DNA from: Aureliella sp.
GTDB taxonomy: Bacteria > Planctomycetota > Planctomycetia > Pirellulales > Pirellulaceae
Assembly: GCA_963691875.1 (NCBI GenBank)
Contig: OY829846.1
Coordinates: forward strand, 2,336,001-2,400,000
Reading direction: 5' to 3'
DNA length: 64,000 nt
Shown here: positions 1 through 10,041 of the stretch, one piece after another
How positions within the stretch are numbered: the first letter of the stretch is position 1
Layout of the letters: every line of letters begins with the position of its first letter
Notes under the pieces: model-generated
What the model was told of the DNA's origin: nothing
Seen by the model: only the letters and a program-made list of their open reading frames with translations
Databases searched by the model: none
Position numbers and translations under genes: made by a program

Positions 1-788
1 CCAGCTCCGTGATCGCCAAAGAAGAACACGATCGTATTGTCGGCCAGACCGTCTTCCTTCAATTGCTTAAGGATCCGGCCAACTTGTAGATCCATCACAC
101 TCACGCAGTCGTGATAACGAGCCCATTCGCGTCGCACAACTGGCGTATCAACGTAGAAAGATGGTAGGCGCACCGATGCAGGTGAATGACAACGTTCCTC
201 AGGAAGCTGACTTTGGATTTCCTGTTCGAACTTTTCGCTTATCCAGACCATCGAGCGACTCTGGTGACTCTGCATCAGATTGAACACCGCGAAAAAAGGC
301 ATCTGCTTGTTTGGTCGGTTCCGCCAATGTGCCTGCGAACTACTTTCGTTCCAGCAGTCTTCGATGAAAGGTCCCGGATCCCTGATGTTGTAATCCGTCT
401 TCACATTGTTTGACGTATAGTACCCCGCATCGCGTAGGAGCTTTGGAAAACCAACAATCCGCTTTGGAATCGGATATGCCGAGCGCATGTGCATCGTGCC
501 GAGTGACGTTGGATAACATCCTGTAATCAGACAGTTTCGTGCGGTAGAGCAAACAGATGAAGTTGCAAATGCATTGGTAAAAACGGTACTTCGCGAGGCC
601 AGGGCATCGAGATACGGAGTATCTGCATCGGGATCACCGTAGCAACCCAGCGATGGACTCAAGTCTTCTGCCGTGATCCACAGAATGTTGGGCAGTTGTG
701 CACTTGCTTTACTGCAAGCAAGAAGAACGGCGACAAACAGGGCAAGGAAGGAGCACCAGGATTTGAATGAGGCTTGCTTTAGTTGCAT
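1..788 (-). CDS. Sulfatase (formylglycine-dependent), N-terminal part; runs off the window
   Basis: Absent from the ORF track. Manual translation from ATG 788 gives a signal-like MQLKQASFKSWCSFLALFVAVLLACSKASA, then PNILWITAEDLS, the sulfatase core VCSTARNCLITGCYP (CxxxR) and later DNTIVFFFGDHG. Confidence 0.9.
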   Translation of the reverse strand, partial: MQLKQASFKSWCSFLALFVAVLLACSKASAQLPNILWITAEDLSPSLGCYGDPDADTPYLDALASRSTVFTNAFATSSVCSTARNCLITGCYPTSLGTMHMRSAYPIPKRIVGFPKLLRDAGYYTSNNVKTDYNIRDPGPFIEDCWNESSSQAHWRNRPNKQMPFFAVFNLMQSHQSRSMVWISEKFEQEIQSQLPEERCHSPASVRLPSFYVDTPVVRREWARYHDCVSVMDLQVGRILKQLKEDGLADNTIVFFFGDHGA

Positions 789-1039
789 GCGAGTGCATCA
801 AGTAGAAGTGGCAGAATTTTGAAGTGACGGCAGTTTAGCATGCTAGTAAGTCGTGATGACAAGAACAGCGAAAGTTGCAACTGCTTCTGAACAAGACTAT
901 CAAATCGATTGAATGCTTCCTCCATTAGAGTGGGGAGCCAACAATAGTGTAAAGCCTCAGACACTTGTCTGAGGCTTACTGAATGTTGAAATTGAGAGTC
1001 GCAGCACGCAGCACCCTTAGCTGAATACCGGATCAACGA

Positions 1040-4000
1040 CTAGGCGGCATCGAGCTGTCGGCTTTCGCCGGCCCAGTTGATCCAGTCGGTGAGTTCTTGC
1101 AGATCTGGCGCCTCGCTTCCTCGCAAAATACGCTGGCCCACTTTGCTCTCCGCGACAGCCGTGACTTCGGAGAGCACATACTCAGGCGAAAGATCGCAAA
1201 GCTGCTCCGGAGTCGTCAAGTCGCAAGCGACCAGCAACTGTGCGTCGTGACCTCGCAAGTTCGGAATGCGACAAACCAAGTTGGCTTGATGTTGCCACGC
1301 TTCCACAGCTTCCGCGTCGACGCGACGGTGACCCAGTCGCTCTGCGAGATCCTCCGCGTCGGCTGCCAATAGTTCGCTGACGGTTTCTACTTGGCAAGGC
1401 TCCAAACGCTCTGCCATGCGAGGTCCAATCGAAGGGGCATCCACCACGGGACTCTCCAATTCGAGGTAGTAACGTAGGGGCTTTTGAACTTCAGCAACTG
1501 GATTTGCTTCCGATCCCTCTCGCCCCTGCGCTGCGGCTGATTCGGAGTGACCGTTGGGGCGGATTGAGTTTCGACTGCCACTTGAAGTTCGATTTTCGGA
1601 ACTGCAACTCGAACGTTCCGACCTAAGATCTGAATTGGAATCGCAATCGCGACTTCGACGCCGCGCTCGAGTGCGAGTTGAGCGCAGTTCCCACTCACTA
1701 CCTTTATAGTCTCTGCGGTCATTGAGCCGACTGCCATCTCGATCGATCACCGAATAGGATCGGTCGCCGGAACGGCGAGAATCTGAGCTTCGGCGATAAC
1801 TGCGGTTGCTGCTGTCGCTGCGAGTCCAGTATCCGTCCACTCCGCCCTGGCCCTTCGCCGAGGCGATCCAGGAAGTCAAGCGAGAGAGTTCTTTACTGCT
1901 TCCGCTATGAAGAATCTTCCTGCCGCGGGCTGTCGCCAGGAAATCTTCTATGCGATCCAGCAATCCCTGCGGAGGTGTTTCGGCAAGTTCCCGTGAGGAG
2001 CGAATTCCCGCTCCGACCATGACACGAGCATCAAAGGGACGAAGCTTCGGAACGTTGCAAAGCAACTGAGCAACAGACTGCCAAGCTTCCACCGTGTTCC
2101 GTGATACACCTTCGACTCGAATTTGATCCGCTAGCCAAAGTGCGTCCACGTCGAGCAAATCGCCAATGCGGTCGACTCCCAAGCTGCGACAGCGTGCTGT
2201 CAAATCAGGATCGATCGCTGGTAAATCCTCTACGAGCAAAGAGTAGGTCAAATAACATCGATTGCCAGAGGCACGATCAACAGGAGTGATCATCGGTCGG
2301 TACCACTTCTCTGCTTCTTCGTGATTGGCCACGGCAGCCAGTTGTGCATTCATATCGACACCAGTTCTAGTCGCCAAGCAGAAGAGGTTGCCAACCCAGC
2401 CTTGATGGTGCCGAACTCGCTCTGCGACAAACTGGCTGCTGGTCAAAAGCACAATCTGTTGGGTCCGTGACACTTTTGCCAAATAGGTGACTGCGCTATT
2501 TTGTACGTAAGGTGCAATGGCTTCCAACGCATTATCGACTACTAAACTGATCGGCTCGCCTTTCCGAGCCAGCAATTCCGCGATGGCGAGCCGCATTGCG
2601 ATGCGAACGATTTCGCTCGGCACAGGGGAATTTGATCCTATCGCCTGCGACCTAGAGAATCCGTCGACCGAGTCATATCGGCCTTGGACCTGACTATCAC
2701 TTGGCCGTGTCGTTGCGGCATGAGCCATCAGGCCAGTGATGTGTCGATTGATCACTTCGCGAAATGCACTCGATGCAACTCCCGCGCCAGCTGAAGTTCG
2801 AGTGAGCTGGTGAGTCAACTCGTTTAACTCAGCCGTCAAGCGATCTCGCTCGGCCAGCTTGGCAAGCTCCACTGCTATTCGGTGCAACTCACTTCGTAGT
2901 TCGACTGTAGATTGCTGCTTCGGCGGTGCACTTTGAGCGACCACGCCGCGGCGCAGCGTCTGTGCTTCCTCTAGTTGTCGTCGGCAAAGTTCCGCGTCCA
3001 GCTTGGCTTGCTTCTGGCTTTCCTTTAGTCCTGCAATCTCATCGAGGAGCGTTTGCCGCAATGCTGGATCGACTCCCGACTTCTGCGTTGGTTGATTGCT
3101 TTCTTCGCTGAGGAGCCAGTCCATAAGATGTGGATGATCACTACATTGGCACCAATCGCCAAACGCCAGAGTCAGTTGTTCGACCGGAAGATTTTGCTCC
3201 GCCGAGATGGTTCGCAGCAACTCGCCGCGCTGCTCGATTAACTGCTCGACTGCTTCCAGTAACTCAGTCTCACACCGTTGCAACTGCGTGGACTGATGCC
3301 GGAGCGATTCACCTGTCGTTTGAGCCTCTTGACGCGAGAGCTTTTGGCAAATCTCGCGCAAGTCTTTTTGCATGCTCCGCAGAGTTTCTGGAAGCATCCC
3401 TGCATCTGGCCAATAGGCCGAATGTCCTTCGAAAGTGCGTCCAGTCCCATCCCGGAATACGCCTTGCGCCTGAGGCACTTCGCTGGGGTTTAGGCCGGTA
3501 CCAGCAACCGAGGGCGATGCACTACGATAGTCGTAGCCTGGAATCTCATCGTAGCGTTGGACAAGCACATCCAGCTGACGACGCGTGCTCTGAATCTGGG
3601 CTTCCAAAGAACGCATGGCGGCGCGAGGATCAGGCTCTTTGCTTGCGTTCAGTTGGTCCCCGACTTGTTTGTCGAGACGCAAGTCAGTCGCTTCGTTGTC
3701 AATCGTCTCGCGGTGCGTTTTGAGGTCTTTCAACGTTTGCCGCCATCGGTGCAGCCGATCGTCAAGCTTCTGGAGTTGGACGCGATAGGACTCGCCCACT
3801 GTCACCGCTGACGCATTGACCTCGAGTAGCTTGAGTTCGCTTCGTTTCACGCCCATTTGCTGCTCAAGAACTTCGATTTCGCGCAACTTATTTTGCAACT
3901 TTGCTTCCAGCAATGCGAGCCGTCTGTCCAATCTGAGTTGCTCAGTGTCCAGTCCGTCGCAGCGCAGCTTTTGAGACTGGCCAGTGGTTGCTTGAAGCCC

Positions 4001-4606
4001 TGCTTCCAGTTCTCTTTGCTGAGCGAGAAGTGTATCTCGATCGCTGTGAAGTGGGCCTAACTGTTCGAGCTGAGCTCGGATCTTTTGCTGCGCAGCAAAT
4101 ACTTGCTCGCGACGATCTGATGGCACAAACTCGTTGTCTAGTCCCAGACGCTCTGCGAGCTGTTCCAGCGCCACTTCGGTATCGTATCGATCGTGCGCTG
4201 CTGCCAACCCAACAAAAGCAGCCCGTTGTGTTGGCGAGAAATCACAGCCAGAAAGTTCTCCATCCAGGCGTCCATCCCATCGCATTTGATAGTCGCGCTG
4301 ATACGAATCATCTGAATCTTGCGCAAGATCGAATCGGATCTTGCCATTGCGATCAGTTGTTACACGGTAATGGCTAGCTCGGTTTCGCAAATGCAGTACA
4401 CCGGCAATCGGGGCAGAACCGATTTTCGTTGAGCTAGACGAGTTGGCGGTTTGACTTTGCTCTGCGATGCAACGCAACCATCGCAGCAGGGTGGATTTGC
4501 CGGAGCCAGTGGGACCAAGGATGGTGTTCAAGCCTGGGGAAAATTGTCCTACACGAACACTTCCATCTGAACCCGGACGATCTACATCCATGCTTAACAG
4601 TCGCAT
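1040..4606 (-). CDS. AAA/SMC-like (YhaN/SbcC-type) coiled-coil ATPase fused to two DUF4332 (HhH-like) domains
   Basis: Walker A GPTGSGKST, a long heptad coiled coil, a degenerate ABC C-terminal half (RIAMRLAIAE...LVVDNALE) and two similar C-terminal repeats (LLCNVPKLRPFDARVMVGAG; LVCRIPNLRGHDAQLLVACD). Start placed at ATG 4606 behind AAGGAGGAG. Confidence 0.8.
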   Translation of the reverse strand: MRLLSMDVDRPGSDGSVRVGQFSPGLNTILGPTGSGKSTLLRWLRCIAEQSQTANSSSSTKIGSAPIAGVLHLRNRASHYRVTTDRNGKIRFDLAQDSDDSYQRDYQMRWDGRLDGELSGCDFSPTQRAAFVGLAAAHDRYDTEVALEQLAERLGLDNEFVPSDRREQVFAAQQKIRAQLEQLGPLHSDRDTLLAQQRELEAGLQATTGQSQKLRCDGLDTEQLRLDRRLALLEAKLQNKLREIEVLEQQMGVKRSELKLLEVNASAVTVGESYRVQLQKLDDRLHRWRQTLKDLKTHRETIDNEATDLRLDKQVGDQLNASKEPDPRAAMRSLEAQIQSTRRQLDVLVQRYDEIPGYDYRSASPSVAGTGLNPSEVPQAQGVFRDGTGRTFEGHSAYWPDAGMLPETLRSMQKDLREICQKLSRQEAQTTGESLRHQSTQLQRCETELLEAVEQLIEQRGELLRTISAEQNLPVEQLTLAFGDWCQCSDHPHLMDWLLSEESNQPTQKSGVDPALRQTLLDEIAGLKESQKQAKLDAELCRRQLEEAQTLRRGVVAQSAPPKQQSTVELRSELHRIAVELAKLAERDRLTAELNELTHQLTRTSAGAGVASSAFREVINRHITGLMAHAATTRPSDSQVQGRYDSVDGFSRSQAIGSNSPVPSEIVRIAMRLAIAELLARKGEPISLVVDNALEAIAPYVQNSAVTYLAKVSRTQQIVLLTSSQFVAERVRHHQGWVGNLFCLATRTGVDMNAQLAAVANHEEAEKWYRPMITPVDRASGNRCYLTYSLLVEDLPAIDPDLTARCRSLGVDRIGDLLDVDALWLADQIRVEGVSRNTVEAWQSVAQLLCNVPKLRPFDARVMVGAGIRSSRELAETPPQGLLDRIEDFLATARGRKILHSGSSKELSRLTSWIASAKGQGGVDGYWTRSDSSNRSYRRSSDSRRSGDRSYSVIDRDGSRLNDRRDYKGSEWELRSTRTRARRRSRDCDSNSDLRSERSSCSSENRTSSGSRNSIRPNGHSESAAAQGREGSEANPVAEVQKPLRYYLELESPVVDAPSIGPRMAERLEPCQVETVSELLAADAEDLAERLGHRRVDAEAVEAWQHQANLVCRIPNLRGHDAQLLVACDLTTPEQLCDLSPEYVLSEVTAVAESKVGQRILRGSEAPDLQELTDWINWAGESRQLDAA

Positions 4607-5319
4607 AAAAGGCTCCTCCTTGTGCCTAACAGCTAACCACTGAATTTGCTCACTCGCCGACGCCACTCATAAAACCAGACTGGAACTGCGAGGTGGTGCG
4701 AGTGTTAGTTGTGCAACCGATGCTGCGACCTCGGTTGCGGCTTAACTGAGTTTCGGAGACTAGTTAAGAAATTGGGGTCAGCCGCAAGCTAACACAGCTC
4801 TACTTGGTCTCCCAATACCAGTTAGGGGGGCGCTTCGACCAAATCATGGGGAAACTTGATTTCCCGAAAGCAAATGCAAGCTTTCGTGGCATCTGAGTTT
4901 CGGATTGCCAAAGGTTCAAGTGAACAACAACGCACCTCGATCACGCATCGGCTTACCAGTGTAGCTCGCTCTCCCGTTTTAAGTTGCGTGTTTGCACACT
5001 CCCCCTCTAGCCTGCAGGAGGGTCGGACGAAGCCCAAAGCTACGCGTTGGTGTCCTCGGCCGGGAAGGGCTGGGTCGGCCCCTCTCCACTCCCATTACTG
5101 GCGACTCTCCAAAGAGGAGTTGGTTCCATTTGACCACTAGAATCGAGTTGCAATCCATGTTTCCAGATTGGAAAAACGCAACTTAAAAACTCACTCATCA
5201 GGTTTCCCGCGCGGGGGCAGACGATGCTCAAGTACCAAAAGTATTTGAGTAGTTTGGAGCCCTGAATAGGGATATACTAACGGTTCGTTTGGTGGGTCTG
5301 CTTACGCAGTGAGGTTTCT

Positions 5320-6936
5320 ATGCAGCGGCGAGTTTTTCGCTCTCTTTTTTGCTTTCCGAACATGTTTCTGGGAATCATCCTCCTTGCATGCTCGTGGAGT
5401 TTTTCTTGCGTGGTTCACGGGCAAGAGCTCGAACCAACGTCGCAGGAAATGTCAACGCGTATCGATGAGTTATTGGAAGATCGGCTGAAAGAGCTTGGGT
5501 GGAAGCCGGCCGACCCGAGCACGGATGCTGCCTTTTTGCGCCGCGTGCACCTCGATCTCACCGGCTCGCCGCCCACGGGCAGCGAGGTTCTGGGTTTCGA
5601 ACGCGACGAATCGGAATCCAAAGATAAAAAACTAATTGATCATCTGCTGGGAACGGCTAGCTGTGCCAACCACTTCGCAGGCCAATGGTCTCGGTGGATG
5701 CTCCCGGAAGAAAACAACGCCACCCCGCTTCTCGGGCGAAATGGCGGTTTGCGAGCTTGGCTCAGGGAGCGATTCGCCGAGAATCTCAGATACGACCGAC
5801 TCGTTTCTGATCTGCTCGTCGCCACCGGTCCTGCCCAAGCTGGACCCGCAGAGTTTTTCGTGGCTCTGGAGGTCAAGCCAGAAAAAATCGCAGCCAAAAC
5901 CGCCCGGGTGTTCATGGGAGTTCAGTTGGACTGCGCCGAGTGCCACGATCATCCCTTTGATGAATGGTCTCAGCGCGATTTTTGGGGATTCGCAGCCTAC
6001 TTCGCGCAACTGGGCAATGAAGGCGAACAATCATTGATGCGGCTGGGTGAAATCCGCGACACAGACGAAGGCGACTTAACGCTTCCTGGAACCGAAGAAA
6101 TCGTAACTCCCAAACCCTTAGTCAAGACCGGCTTCAGCGGCTTGACTAGAGGAACGCGTAGACAGCAGCTGACGCTTTGGCTTACGGCACGAGAAAATCC
6201 TTTCCTTGCGAGAGCAACGGTAAATCGTGTGTGGGCGATGCTCTTTGGCTGCGGTTTAATCGAACCCATCGATGATATGCGAACAGTAGACATTGCTTCT
6301 CACCCCAAGATCCTGCAAGAGCTCAGCGTTTACTTCGCAGCGACCGGATACGACTTGCGCGATCTTGTAGCGACGCTTGCCAAGACGAATGCTTACCGTC
6401 GTTCCACGACGCATCGCGCTGGGCATGCACCCGATGACTCGTATGCTGTCATGAAAACGAAGCCTCTGACGGAGCAACAGATTTCCGACAGCATCGCGAA
6501 GGTGGCCAGGCAGATAGTCGGAGATGACAATGCCGCGGCCCAAAACCTCTTGGCACGACAGCTCGGGCAGTTGCGCGGTGATGCCAGCGAGGCAAAGCTG
6601 GGAATCGTCTCGGCTCTGGTGACCTTGCACGGTGATCGGTTCGACCGGGTTTCACGCGAAGCATCAAGCCGGCTTTTGAAAGCCCTGGACGCACCATTTC
6701 TGGACGAGCGAAAGCAACTGAAGTGGCTATTTCTTTCCACGCTCAATCGTCAGCCGACGCCGGGAGAGGAAGCTGCCTTTTCCGAGTTGTTTGCTCAGCA
6801 GGAAGTGAAAGCACCCAACGCTGCGGAGACGAGTAACGAGTCTCAAACTGAAGCAGAGGCTGCAAACAAAGCAAGTTGGCAGTCGGACTTGCTTTGGGCC
6901 TTGATCAACTCAACTGAATTCGCGATGACCCCGTGA
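5320..6936 (+). CDS. DUF1549/DUF1553 (PSCyt2/PSD1) domain protein
   Basis: Motifs DAAFLRRVHLDLTG, CAECHDHPFD, NPFLARATVNRVW, SHPKILQEL and DLLWALINSTEF; N-terminal signal-like stretch. Confidence 0.9.
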   Translation: MQRRVFRSLFCFPNMFLGIILLACSWSFSCVVHGQELEPTSQEMSTRIDELLEDRLKELGWKPADPSTDAAFLRRVHLDLTGSPPTGSEVLGFERDESESKDKKLIDHLLGTASCANHFAGQWSRWMLPEENNATPLLGRNGGLRAWLRERFAENLRYDRLVSDLLVATGPAQAGPAEFFVALEVKPEKIAAKTARVFMGVQLDCAECHDHPFDEWSQRDFWGFAAYFAQLGNEGEQSLMRLGEIRDTDEGDLTLPGTEEIVTPKPLVKTGFSGLTRGTRRQQLTLWLTARENPFLARATVNRVWAMLFGCGLIEPIDDMRTVDIASHPKILQELSVYFAATGYDLRDLVATLAKTNAYRRSTTHRAGHAPDDSYAVMKTKPLTEQQISDSIAKVARQIVGDDNAAAQNLLARQLGQLRGDASEAKLGIVSALVTLHGDRFDRVSREASSRLLKALDAPFLDERKQLKWLFLSTLNRQPTPGEEAAFSELFAQQEVKAPNAAETSNESQTEAEAANKASWQSDLLWALINSTEFAMTP

Positions 6937-8882
6937 GAAAAGAAAATCCGAAGATGGCGTTCCGGGGTAACATTCAGAACTTTGTTTTTTTAGCAAGTCT
7001 GAAACTGCCGATCTGGGCAATGGTAGTTCTTTTGCTGATGCTTGTGGGCTGCCCAAACAATTCTGAGACAAGTGCGCCTGAACTTGCAGAGGAGAAGGCT
7101 GGAGAGCTGAAACAGAATGCAGCCACCGACAAGATACTCGGAACAAGCAAAGGCGGTGCGCGTTCCCGAGAGGCGAACGGAGAAGACAAGACCGCTGAAC
7201 TTGCAAATCAAGCTCCAGAGGCCGATTCAGGCAGCGGCGGAGTTGTTAAATCGGAAGTCATTCCGGCTGAGGAATCTGATGTTCATGCCTGGATTGACCA
7301 AGGCACGTGGACGACTCGACGACTAGTTGCCCTCTCGCCGCAAGGACCAGCGATATTGGATCTGTCTGTTGGAATTGATGCGAGCAGCTTGGAAGATGCA
7401 TCGGATGCAGTGGTCGAACGGATTGCGGAGCAGTTGTTCGAGGATTTGGAGAAGCCTGTATCCTGGGAAGATTTGGTAGCACATCCGCTCGTCAAATCGG
7501 GTTGGCTTGGAAATCTCGTACCAGAAGAAGACCAAGTCGACCAGATCATCACGATGTATGACGACGTTAGCGACAAGGAAGTCTCGCTTGCGGAACTGAA
7601 ACCATTTCTTTCGAGAGGACTCTCACGTAGCAGTCCGTTGCAAATTTCTGACATTGGAACAGCACCGAATTCCGATGTTTCAGAATCTCCATGGGGGAAA
7701 GCCGACCTGAACGGAGACTACTCGCTTGATCGTGGAGAACTGAAACTTCTTGCAAAAACCATGGAAAAAGTGGACTTTAATGGAGATTCGGTGGTCACTG
7801 AGTTGGAACTCAATCAAGCTCGCGAAATGCAAGCTTCTGGCACGACGATGAATGGGATGGGCAGTATGCTTGAAACAACATCCTTGCTATTGCCAGAGTC
7901 GCAGAATGACGAAGGCTTGATGAATCAGGCGGCGAGTCGTTTTGCAGTTAAACTCCGCGACCACTATACCATTGCAGTCGGCGTACCTCGCGAGCAGTGG
8001 TCAGCGTGGTCAGAAGATCGTTGGGAAGCCTTGGACCTCAATTCCGACGATTCGCTTGAGCGGACGGAGCTACAAAAAACACTGGAGATTGAACCGGACG
8101 CACACTTAGTTTTGAACCTGGGTGGAATGCAGGGAATCCATGCATCAAATTCTTCCCAAAATCAAGTGGTGAGCCGCGCGGCACCGTCAAGAACGATGGA
8201 ATGGAATGAAACTCGACAAGGTGGAAGGCTGTCTGCAGCCGGCATGATTGCATCAGTTCGTCTGATCGATTCTTATACGATTGATGCAAAGTCTTTGCTG
8301 CGACAGCGGTTGCAAGCTGCACTGAAGCAATCGCAGTTGCAAGAGGTCTTTCTTTCGCAGCTGCAATTGCAAGAGGGTGCGTTTGAACTGCTCGATCCCG
8401 ATGAAAATGAACAGCTGGACGATGAGGAATTCCAGCGGGTGTGGACGTGGCTCAGCTCGCGTCAAGGTTCCAGGATCATGGTGCGATGGATGCTAGCGGA
8501 CCGGCCCTGGTTCCTACTGATCGATCAGGATGGCGACCAGCGCATTACGGAGTACGAGGTCGGGCAGGCAGAAAACAGCCTCATGAGGCTGGACGTGAAC
8601 GGAGATGAAATTATCACTCCCAACGAGTTGCCACTTCTGATTCGAATCGAACTCGACCGGACAGATGACCGTCTACAGCTCAATCGCGTCTTTGGCATGA
8701 CGAATGATCGGGAAGTGGATCCTGCCGATGAAGACTGGTTTGCAGCCATGGACGCGAACAAGGACAGTTTCTTGAGCGCTGAGGAGTTTTTAGGGGATGC
8801 ATTAGAGTTTGCAGACTTCGATCAGGATGACGATGGTTTTCTTTCTCGCCGCGAGCTTTACGACCTGGGCGTCGCAAACTAG
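6933..8882 (+). CDS. Multi-EF-hand calcium-binding protein, probable lipoprotein
   Basis: About eight DxNxD/DxDxD loops (DLNGDYSLDRGEL, DFNGDSVVTELEL, DVNGDEIITPNEL, DANKDSFLSAEEF, DQDDDGFLSRREL) and a lipobox-like LLLMLVGC. The first possible start overlaps the upstream stop (GTGA); the true start is uncertain. Confidence 0.8.
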   Translation: MRKENPKMAFRGNIQNFVFLASLKLPIWAMVVLLLMLVGCPNNSETSAPELAEEKAGELKQNAATDKILGTSKGGARSREANGEDKTAELANQAPEADSGSGGVVKSEVIPAEESDVHAWIDQGTWTTRRLVALSPQGPAILDLSVGIDASSLEDASDAVVERIAEQLFEDLEKPVSWEDLVAHPLVKSGWLGNLVPEEDQVDQIITMYDDVSDKEVSLAELKPFLSRGLSRSSPLQISDIGTAPNSDVSESPWGKADLNGDYSLDRGELKLLAKTMEKVDFNGDSVVTELELNQAREMQASGTTMNGMGSMLETTSLLLPESQNDEGLMNQAASRFAVKLRDHYTIAVGVPREQWSAWSEDRWEALDLNSDDSLERTELQKTLEIEPDAHLVLNLGGMQGIHASNSSQNQVVSRAAPSRTMEWNETRQGGRLSAAGMIASVRLIDSYTIDAKSLLRQRLQAALKQSQLQEVFLSQLQLQEGAFELLDPDENEQLDDEEFQRVWTWLSSRQGSRIMVRWMLADRPWFLLIDQDGDQRITEYEVGQAENSLMRLDVNGDEIITPNELPLLIRIELDRTDDRLQLNRVFGMTNDREVDPADEDWFAAMDANKDSFLSAEEFLGDALEFADFDQDDDGFLSRRELYDLGVAN

Positions 8883-9120
8883 AATTTCGGAATCACCCAT
8901 TCTGGTAGTATGAGCACCACCTGATAGAAACTATTAACGGCGATCATTGCCACGCTAAGTTTTAGAATCGGCAAGATTCAGCGTTTTAGCAGTGTAGAAA
9001 CGCCAGTTCGTAGGAAAAGATCCCGTTTTTGCCCGATGACGGATCGGAACCTGCCTGAATGAGACTCTGTTCAAGTCGCGGTGATGTGGGGATTTTATTG
9101 GTGAGAAAATTGGATTTACT

Positions 9121-9753
9121 ATGACGACGTCATTGTTAGTGGCGGACGATCATCAGGTCGTACGCTTAGGTTTGAAGAATGTCCTCGAGGGATCGGGCAT
9201 TGAAGTCACTGCTGAGGCAACATCGGGCGATGAAGTTCTCCGCAAAGTGGAAGAGCAGAAGCCAGACTTGGTGCTTCTCGATGTTCGCATGCCAGGTGGA
9301 GATGGCTTGCACGTGCTTGGACGACTGAAACTGGACTACCCAGAGCTTCCGATCGTCCTCTTTTCTACTTACGACAATCCAACCTATGTTGCACGAGCAG
9401 TTGCGTTGGGGGCATCGGGCTATGTCCTAAAAAACGATAGCCGCGACCGGCTGATCGAGTCGCTACGAGCCGCTTTGCGAGGCGAATCTGCCTGGACCCG
9501 TGAGGAATTACGCCGCGTGACGGGTGCTCTGGCTACTCCTCGCGTTGTTTCTGACGTCGAGGTACCGCTTACTCAGCGAGAAAGCGAAGTTCTTCGTCAA
9601 CTGGCCAACGGCCTGACGAACAAGGAAATCGCTCTCGCCCTGGGGATCAGCTATGAAACCGTCAAGGAGCATGTCCAGCACATTCTGCGAAAAATCGGTG
9701 TTTCAGACCGAACTCAAGCTGCCGTCTGGGCGGTTCGGAAGGGGCTTGTCTAG
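9121..9753 (+). CDS. NarL/FixJ-family response regulator (REC + LuxR HTH)
   Basis: Receiver motifs LVADDHQVVR, LLDVRMP and GYVLK, then the HTH LTQRESEVLRQLANGLTNKEIA...ETVKEHVQHILRK. Confidence 0.95.
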   Translation: MTTSLLVADDHQVVRLGLKNVLEGSGIEVTAEATSGDEVLRKVEEQKPDLVLLDVRMPGGDGLHVLGRLKLDYPELPIVLFSTYDNPTYVARAVALGASGYVLKNDSRDRLIESLRAALRGESAWTREELRRVTGALATPRVVSDVEVPLTQRESEVLRQLANGLTNKEIALALGISYETVKEHVQHILRKIGVSDRTQAAVWAVRKGLV

Positions 9754-9784
9754 CTCCAAACGTTGTGCGCGGTCCGTTGAAACT

Positions 9785-9814
9785 AAAAGTCCCTGTTTTC
9801 GCGGGGGGCTTTTT
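9785..9814 (+). terminator. Probable intrinsic terminator
   Basis: AAAAGTCCCT...GGGGGCTTTTT inverted repeat with a T-tract about 30 nt after the regulator stop. Confidence 0.6.
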
Positions 9815-10041
9815 ATACGGGGCTGTTAGCAGCACATTTCGCCCAGGCTGCAAATCTTTCAGCCTGCAGTCCTTCTGACGCCAGCTAATGGCCCCCTGTT
9901 TCAATGACCGCCCGCAGGACAAGGGTTTTTGGAGCTGATCTGAGGGCTTTCAGAAGTTGACTCCTAACAAAACCCCTTGCAATTTGGTAAGTTACGCCTT
10001 TTCGAGAAGTTGGCGGAAACGGCACAGAAAGTTGCACCTCA

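Noticed and set aside
1600..1830. R/S/D-rich low-complexity stretch as a repeat array
   Set aside because: It is a disordered coding linker within the ATPase-DUF4332 gene with no regular nucleotide repeat unit.
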